Assembly (NCBI RefSeq): GCF_006345805.1
Contig: NW_021829737.1
Span: 1-6,019, forward strand
Direction: 5' to 3'
Origin: Octopus sinensis
Taxonomy: Eukaryota
DNA: 6,019 bases
Shown here piece after piece: positions 1 through 6,019 of this stretch (its first letter is position 1; each line of letters begins with the position of its first letter). A program made the translations under genes and the position numbers. The notes under the pieces were generated by a model. It was not told where the DNA came from, made no database searches, and saw only the letters and a list, made by a program, of their open reading frames with translations.

Positions 1-126
1 TTTATCAATGCAACTATGTAACTTTCTAGCTATTTAAGCACATATATCTACCCACAACTCAAATTAACTTTCTCCTTTGCCTCCATTTCTTTATTTTCCT
101 TCTTTCTTTCTTACATCTATCTAATT

Positions 127-177
127 CATACACACACATATACATATATATATATGTATATACATACATACATACAT
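127..177. repeat. Compound microsatellite (CA)n/(TA)n/(TACA)n; the (ATGT)n part may be the 3' tail of the adjacent minus-strand element
   Basis: Direct reading: catacacacacatatacatatatatatatgtatatacatacatacatacat. Confidence 0.9.
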
Positions 178-716
178 GGTGGCTGCCCCCTCGTTATCGA
201 GTATGGCCATTGCACGAAGCTTAATCAATGTTGTCATCGTGCAACGCCTGTGCAAGAAGATTTTTTTTGAAAGTGAGGAAAGGCTGTGCACTCACTAAGC
301 AACAGCAGCCATATTCCGAAAAGAAGAACATGTCAACATCATCGGTAACCACTGAGCCGTAGGTTTTATGTCGGAGTTATCCCAGTTTTCTGAGTTGCCT
401 TCTCTTAGAAGGATGCCCTAACAAAGGCTAGAAGACCTTCACTCCCAATGGTTTAACCGCGCGATCGGGTATTCAGTCCGATTATTTCTATGTCCCCGCG
501 CATGATACAGCCTTAAGGCATTTATTAGATGGCCGTTGACTCTCAAGAGTTCCTCCGCCCTTTGACGGGTTTTGTTTTTCATCCCACAGGGTGTACAACA
601 AACACCCTCCTCACCAAGCAAGCTTGGTGGGGTTGCCTGTCTAGTCGTCAACGACCCGACCATGCAACAGGTTTTAGTGGGTTACATATTACCAGTAGCA
701 CTCGAAAGTGACCTGA
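178..716 (-). mobile_element. Interspersed repeat, probably a non-autonomous non-LTR retroelement (SINE-like or RTE 5'UTR-related)
   Basis: Markedly more GC-rich block with sharp borders, flanked on both sides by TACA/TA microsatellite. On the minus strand it ends in two stem-loops (210-244, 190-201) followed by (ATGT)n. Segment 362-432 (minus: tctagcctttgttagggcatccttctaagagaaggcaactc...aaaacc) resembles, from memory only, a motif of RTE 5' regions and RTE-related SINEs. No reverse transcriptase or endonuclease coding sequence is visible. Family and orientation are inferred. Confidence 0.55.
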
Positions 717-813
717 CATATACATATACATACATATACATACATATACATACATACATGCATGCATATATATCTGTATGTATATATGTATGTAGGTATA
801 CATATTTATATAT
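717..813. repeat. Compound microsatellite (CATATA)n/(CATA)n/(TATG)n
   Basis: Direct reading; it produces the YTYTYIYIHIHT low-complexity part of ORF 572-841. Confidence 0.9.
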
Positions 814-1050
814 TACAAAAATTGACCATCCAAGTTCCTAGATGAACGAATATGAAAGCAGGATAAACACCGTCCGTCGCCTAAAGCCAGTCACATATGA
901 TTGTCCATATCTGCAGTTAATTTACCGGTTTGCAAATTGCTATCATTAATTAAATAATGAGGTTAGAAATTGGTATGAGTCAATTAACACCAATTTAAAC
1001 CAGTGGTCTAGCATATTCAAAAAAATCCGAAGATTTAAAAATTATATTAG

Positions 1051-1166
1051 AATTCATAAGAGAAATGGCCACTAAAGTGGATTCCTATACGCTAGAGACA
1101 GATGTCAAATCGCCTTACTACAAAGAGTATGTTCTTGAGTGTGGTCATGCCCCTTATAAAATGTAA
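1051..1166 (+). repeat. Left arm of a 116-bp inverted repeat pair
   Basis: Hand alignment to the reverse complement of 1446-1561: ungapped, 108/116 identical. A (TA)n tract follows at 1174-1192. Confidence 0.95.
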
Positions 1167-1445
1167 TTATCTGTATATATATATATATATATGTTTTTAT
1201 TATTATTTAAGGTAATAAAATCCAAACTTACAAGGAAAAAGAATTCAATTTAGAAATACAAAATCAACTTCCGCCCAATATAATATATATAAAATATCAG
1301 AAAATTGTATATAATAGAAAAGTTAAAATTAAAATAACAATTAAAAAGTAAAGATTAAGTAAATTACAAGAATAATATAATGTATTTTCTAGAATTGATA
1401 AAAGGTGATTTTTTTCTAATATTATATATATATATATATATATGG

Positions 1446-1561
1446 TTACATTTAATAAGAGACATGACCACACTCAAGAACACACTCTTTGTGGTAAGGC
1501 GATTTGACGTCTTTCTCTAGCGTATAGGAATCCACTTTAGTGGCCATTCCTCTTATGAATT
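1446..1561 (-). repeat. Right arm of a 116-bp inverted repeat pair
   Basis: Reverse complement matches 1051-1166 with 8 substitutions and no gaps. Flanked by (TA)n at 1423-1443 and 1562-1578. Confidence 0.95.
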
Positions 1562-1664
1562 TATATATATATATATATCAATAATAAAATGATTGCTTCT
1601 TATCAGGAACAATATGTTTAATAGGACTGCTATAGCAGTGCTCAATTAAATGAGACAAATATAT

Positions 1665-1833
1665 TAAACCATGGTTGCAGGACAAATATAAGGTCATCCA
1701 CGTAACATTTCATATCTCGAATTTTATGCATGTATATTCTATGTGACAGAAAAAGCATTATGTGATTAAATGTTCGAGATATGAAATGTTACGTGGATGA
1801 TCTTGTCTTTGTTTGTTCTGCAACCATAGTTTA
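1665..1833. mobile_element. MITE-like foldback element: 57/61-bp inverted arms around a 51-bp spacer
   Basis: 1665-1721 versus the reverse complement of 1773-1833: 5 substitutions and one 4-bp indel; the inner 28 bp (1694-1721 / 1773-1800) are perfectly complementary. TA at both outer ends (1665-1666, 1832-1833) is compatible with a Tc1/mariner TA duplication but does not prove one. The inverted repeat is certain; the MITE call is inferred. Confidence 0.6.
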
Positions 1834-1841
1834 TTTTTATA

Positions 1842-1953
1842 ATATATATATATATTATTATATATATATATGTGTGTGGTGTGTGTGTGGTGTGTGTGTG
1901 TGTGGTGTGTGTGTGTGTGCGTGTGTGTATATATATATATGTATATATATATA
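1842..1953. repeat. Compound microsatellite (TA)n-(GT)n-(TA)n
   Basis: Direct reading; the GT tract (1871-1928) is interrupted by GG steps. It explains the THTH/VCVC runs in ORFs 1758-1994, 1766-2056 and 1870-2148. Confidence 0.95.
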
Positions 1954-2130
1954 AAGACGTCAAATATAAGATTAACAAAATACGTGTTAAACACAGTGTC
2001 GAAACCATATTACAGTGAAAGTCCCAGGTCATGCGACCGTGGAGCACGTTTACCACTTATGGCTAATAGGAATCATAAGCGATACTTAGCAAACATCGGT
2101 GTATTAATTCCAGGAGTTGCAAGACGTACG

Positions 2131-4825
2131 TTTTATAATTACTTTTGAATGTGTCTAACCTTTATATAATTAAATTTGAATGTGACTAACCTCTATGCAA
2201 TTAATTTTGAATGTGTGTAATCTTCTATATAATTAATTTTTAATGTATCTAAACTTTTTATAATAAATTTTGAATATATGAAAGCATTTTTATAGTTAAT
2301 TTTGAATGTGTCTAACAATTTTATAATTAATTTTGAATGTGTCTAACCATTTCTATAATTAATTTTGAATGTGTCGAACCATTTTATAATTAATTTTGAA
2401 TGTGTCTAACCATTTATACAATTAATTTTGAATGTGTCTAACATTTTTATAATTAAATTTGCATGTGCCTAACCATTTTTATAATTTATTTTGAAAGTGT
2501 CTAACCTTTTCATAATTAATTTTGAACGTGTCTAACGTTTTATATAATTAAGTTTGAACGTGTCTAAACTTTATTATAATTAATTTTGAATATGTCTAAC
2601 CATTTTATAGTTAATTTAGAATGTGTCTAACCATTTTTATAATTAATTTGAATGTGTCTAACCATTTTTATAGATAATTTTGAATGTGTCTAACCATTTT
2701 ATAATTAATTTTGAATGTGACTAACCATTTCTATAATTAATTTTGTATGTGTCTAAACATTTTATAATAATTTTGAATGTGTTTAACCATTTTTATAATT
2801 AATTGTGAATGTGTCTAACATTTTTATAATTAAATTTAAATGTGTCTAACCATTTTTATAATTATTTTTGAATGTGTCTAACCATTTTATAATGAATTTT
2901 GAATGTGTCTAACTTTTTCTACAATCAATTTGGAATGTTTGTAACCTTTTTATAATTTTTATAATTAATTTTTATAATTAATCTTGAATATGTCTAACCA
3001 TTTTTATAATAAATTTTGAATGCATCTAGCCTTTTTTGTAATTAATTTTGAAAGTGTCTACCCATTTTATAATTAATTTGGAATGTGCCTATAATTAATT
3101 TTGAATGTGCCTAACCATTTTTATAATTAATTTAGTATGTGTCTAACCTATTTCTAATTAATTTTAATTGTGTCTAACCTTTTTATAATTAATATTGAAT
3201 GTGTGTAACCATTTCTATAATTAATTTTGAATGTGTGTACCCTCTTTTCAACTTAATTTGTAATGTGTCTAACCATTTTTATAATTAATTTTGAATGTTT
3301 CTAACCTTTTTATGAATAATTTTGAATGTGTCTAACCATTTTTATAATTAGTTTTAAATATGTCCTACGATTTAACAATTAATTTTGAATGTGTCTAAAG
3401 ATTTTATAATTATTTTTGAATGTTTCTAACTATTACTATAATTAATTTTGAATGTTTAACCTTTTTGTAATTAATTTTAAATGTGTCTAACCATTTTTAT
3501 AATTAATTTTTAATATACCTAAACATTTCATAATTAATTTTGAATGTGTCTAACACTTTTATAATTAAATTTGAATGTGTTTTTTTAATATTTTTATATT
3601 TAATTTTGAATGTGTCAAACCATTTTATAATTAATTTTTGTAACTAAGCTTTTTGTAATAAATTTTAAATGTGTCTAACCATTTTTATATTTAATTTTGA
3701 CTGTGTCTAACCATTTCTATAATAAATATTGAATGTGTCTAACCTTTATATGAATAATTTTGAGTGTGTCTAACCAATTTTATGAATAAGTTTGAGTGTG
3801 TCTAACCATTTTTATAATTAATTTTGAATGTGTCTAACCATTTTATAATTAATTTTGAATGTGTCTAACCATTTTTATAAATAATTTTGAATGTGCCTAA
3901 CCATTTTGTTATTAATTTTAAATGTGTCTAACCATTTTTCATAATTAATTTTGAATGTTTCTAACCTTTTTGTAATTAATTTTGAATGTGTCTCACTATT
4001 TTTATAATTGATTTTGAATGTGCCTCACCATTTTATAATTAATTTAGAATGTATCTAACCATTTTTATAATTAATTTTGAATGTGCCTAACCATTTTATA
4101 ATTAATTTAGAATGTGTCTAACAACTACTATAATTAATTTGGAATGTCGCTAACCTCTTTGTAATTAAATTTGGATGTGTCTAAACATTTATAAATAATT
4201 TTTAATGTGCCTAACCATTTTATCATTGATTTTGAATGTGTCTAACCATTTTTATAATTCATTTTGAATGTGCCTAAACATTTTATAATTAATTAAGAAT
4301 GTGTCTAACCATTTTTATAAATAATTTTGAATGTGCCTAACCATTTTATAATTAATTTAGAATGTGTATAACCATTTTATATTTAATTTTAAATGTGTCT
4401 AATCATTTTGATAATTAATTTTGAATGTGCCTACAATTTTATAATTAATTTTGAATGTGTCTAACCGTTTTTATATTTCATTTTGAATGTGCCTAACCAT
4501 TTTATATTTAATTTTAAATGTGACTAACCATTTTTTAATTAATTTTGAACGTGCCTAACCATTTTATAATTAATTTTGAATGTGTCTAAACATTTTTATA
4601 ATTAATTTGGAATGTGTCTAAATATTTCTATATTTAATTTTGAATGTGTCTATACGTTTTATAATTAATTTTGAATATATCTATCCATTTTATAATTTTA
4701 TATTTAATTTTGAATGTGTCTAACCATTTCTATAATAAATATTGAATGTGTCTTACATTTTTTATAATTAATTTTGAATGTGTCTAACCATTTTTATAAT
4801 GTGTCTAACATTTTTTTAATAATTT
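2131..4825. repeat. Tandem array (minisatellite/satellite) of a 31-32-bp AT-rich monomer, consensus GAATGTGTCTAACCATTTT(T)ATAATTAATTTT, roughly 85 copies
   Basis: Monomer anchors counted by hand, e.g. 3794, 3826, 3857, 3889 (periods 32, 31, 32). The first anchor is 2147 and the last full one is 4776. Copy number is estimated as span divided by ~31.5. Slippage or truncated units occur near 2951-2985, 3081-3102, 3637-3650, 4690-4705 and 4797-4810. Confidence 0.97.
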
Positions 4826-4935
4826 CTTAGGTGAGGTTGCATCATGCCCAGATTCGAGCAGTGCATCTTGAATATGAAACAATTGTTATGGCAATTTTTT
4901 TGGTACATTACTTTTTCTCATTTTATTGGGTTGTC

Positions 4936-5157
4936 CTTTAACTTGAAAATACCATCTTCCCAGAATTGATGTGGTTTCATGGCAAATAATTCATGAAGAT
5001 ATCTTATTACGTCATCCAAGTAATTGAAGCTTTTACTATTAACACTAATCTGCAGAGACGCGAATAAGTGGAAATCCAAAGTAGCAGTATTTGGTAAAAA
5101 TGGAGGTTGGGGTAACACATCCCAGCCGAGCTGCAGCAATTTTTGTCTGATTCCCAA
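4936..5157 (-). pseudogene. Mariner transposase C-terminal remnant (GIRQKLLQLGWDVLPQPPFLPNTATLDFHLF...WEDGIFKLK)
   Basis: Degenerate form of the mariner motif [33 protein letters not shown]. The YSPDL motif has decayed to FLPNT and the third catalytic Asp is retained (LDFHLF). It is out of frame with the N-terminal remnant. Confidence 0.9.
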
Positions 5158-5195
5158 AGCATCAAGTGCCGAAAATGAACTTTCTTATCTTCCAT
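5151..5195 (-). pseudogene. Mariner transposase N-terminal remnant (MEDKKVHFRHLMLWE)
   Basis: Resembles the N-terminus of mellifera-type mariner transposases (MENQKEHFRHILLF-like, recalled). Similarity stops after 15 codons. Confidence 0.8.
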
Positions 5196-5500
5196 TTTAA
5201 AGGGTTACAGAATTAACACAGTTTACAGGAATATAAACCTTCTTCCACGTAAAGATAGCTTAAACTGTGCTCTAAATTGAGATGTAGTCAAATCCTATTT
5301 TATTGACTCAAACATGTACTAAAGTAAGTTGAAAGGTAAGCTACTAAAATTCGACACGAACTTTCCGGACAACTTAATATGTTTAACACACACACACACA
5401 AACAAGCACACGCTCACCCGGGTGAGTGCAGAAATAAAAGAAAAGTGTGCTCAACACGTTTAGTAAGTGTTTAACTTATATTATAATTTAAAGCTGATAT

Positions 5501-5503
5501 TAA

Positions 5504-5569
<66 letters not shown>

Positions 5570-5594
5570 TAATAATAATAATAATAATAATAAT
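5501..5594. repeat. (AAT)n microsatellite, about 31 units; the (ATT)n tail of the adjacent SINE
   Basis: Direct reading; it produces the poly-Ile ORF 5467-5658 and directly abuts the SINE 3' end (taat|cctttctact). Confidence 0.95.
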
Positions 5595-5788
5595 CCTTTC
5601 TACTATATGTAGAAACTTAGGAGGATTGCATCAACACCAGTGTTTCACTGGTACTTAATTTGTCGACCTAGAAAGGATGAAACGCGAAGTCGACCTCGGC
5701 GGAATTTGAATTCAGAACATAGCGGCAGCCAATTTGCCGGTAAGCATTTCTCCCACCGTGGTAACGATTCGGCCAGCAAGTTGCCTTT
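5595..5788 (-). mobile_element. tRNA-derived SINE, copy A
   Basis: Minus strand shows a tRNA-like head with an A-box-like tggccgaatcg (~5765-5775) and a degenerate B-box-like attcaaattcc (5701-5711), a central block tttcatcctttctaggtcgacaaattaagtaccag, and the end agtagaaagg followed by an (ATT)n tail. It is homologous to copy B. It resembles an abundant octopus SINE (recalled, not verified). Confidence 0.85.
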
Positions 5789-6006
5789 ATAATAATGATG
5801 ATAATCCTTTCTACTGGATGCATAAGGCCCCAAATTTTGTGGTAGGGATTAAGTCGATTACATAGACACCAGTGCATAACTGGTAGTCCCCTGAGAGGAT
5901 GAAAGGTAAAGTTGACACAGGCGGAATTTGAAGTCGTAGCGCCAGACGAAGATAAGCAATAAGCATTTCGCCCGTAAGGCTGAAATTTTGCCACCTCGCT
6001 GCCTTT
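5789..6006 (-). mobile_element. tRNA-derived SINE, copy B (includes the short ATT/ATC tail at 5789-5805)
   Basis: Shares cctttctact, acaccagtg..actggta, aggatgaaa, ggcggaatttgaa, taagcatttc.ccc and the terminal gccttta with copy A in the same order, but has different indels. Confidence 0.85.
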
Positions 6007-6019
6007 AATATATATATAT

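Larger units (their letters stand above)
4926..5377 (-). mobile_element. Internally deleted mariner (Tc1/mariner DD34D, mellifera-subfamily-like) DNA transposon, 452 bp
   Basis: TA at 4924-4925 and 5378-5379. The ends ttgggttgtcc (4926-4936) and ggacaacttaa (5367-5377) are inverted repeats matching at 9/11. The 5' TIR on the minus strand reads ttaagttgtccggaaagttcgtgtcgaa. The ATG lies 182 bp inside the 5' end, a mariner-like spacing, and transposase N- and C-terminal remnants are present. Confidence 0.92.

Noticed and set aside
580-716. HDV-like or hammerhead ribozyme at the presumed 5' end of the 178-716 element (GGCAAC motif present on the minus strand)
   Set aside because: No CUGANGA core on either strand. 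For an HDV fold I found only 5 bp of a possible P1 and no pyrimidine-rich L3. A covariance-model search would be decisive.
439-841. ORFs 439-663, 529-711 and 572-841
   Set aside because: Short overlapping frames inside a repeat and a microsatellite with no recognisable domain.
842-949. 35-aa ORF MNEYESRINTVRRLKPVTYDCPYLQLIYRFANCYH preceded by an AG
   Set aside because: Short, no recognisable motif and no good in-frame splice donor.
1065-1166. Small ORF in both inverted arms (MATKVDSYTLETDVKSPYYKEYVLECGHAPYKM, and a 31-aa version on the minus strand in the right arm)
   Set aside because: Of 7 differences within the ORF, 5 are missense, 1 is nonsense and only 1 is synonymous, so there is no sign of purifying selection. 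I recognise no motif.
1953-1965. 13-bp match AAAGACGTCAAAT to the inverted-repeat arm (1502-1514, reverse strand)
   Set aside because: The similarity does not extend convincingly, and one 13-mer match is plausible by chance in a 6-kb AT-rich window.
1758-2148. ORFs 1758-1994, 1766-2056 and 1870-2148, and a possible exon at about 2017-2098
   Set aside because: The frames stay open largely because of TA/GT microsatellites, the candidate splice sites are weak and the peptide is unrecognisable. A real exon cannot be fully excluded without RNA-seq.
3889-4577. Telomere-like CCTAACC in C-type satellite monomers
   Set aside because: Only a 7-nt match per monomer, never tandem, and not a full TRF-type site. 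It is not enough to call the array telomeric.
2131-4825. CRISPR-like array (repeat length about 31-32 bp)
   Set aside because: The units are contiguous with no unique spacers, there are no cas genes, and the context is eukaryotic.
1966-4923. Satellite carried inside a Helitron/Helentron-type element, as reported for some mollusc satellites
   Set aside because: I found no subterminal inverted repeats, 3' hairpin with CTRR, or matching termini in the flanks 1966-2130 and 4826-4923.
5467-5994. ORFs 5467-5658, 5645-5833 and 5668-5994
   Set aside because: Translations of the (AAT)n tract and SINE sequence.

Overview
AT-rich, repeat-saturated eukaryotic non-coding DNA with no intact protein-coding gene. 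The SINE and microsatellite types resemble what I recall from octopus/coleoid cephalopod genomes; this is an inference and was not searched. From left to right: (1) a 539-bp hairpin-rich interspersed element inside a TACA/TA microsatellite (178-716); (2) a 116-bp ungapped inverted-repeat pair (1051-1166 / 1446-1561); (3) a ~170-bp MITE-like hairpin (1665-1833); (4) a compound TA/GT microsatellite; (5) a ~2.7-kb tandem array of a 31/32-bp unit (2131-4825) whose distal part alternates into a 63-bp dimer; (6) a 452-bp TA-flanked mariner relic on the minus strand (4926-5377) with two internal deletions, both apparently at microhomologies; (7) an (AAT)n tract and two head-to-tail tRNA-derived SINEs (5595-6006). 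Only the two mariner ORFs (4918-5157, 5007-5195) carry recognisable protein sequence; I could not support the others as coding. I see no solid evidence for a new multi-gene system. The most interesting signals are structural and evolutionary.
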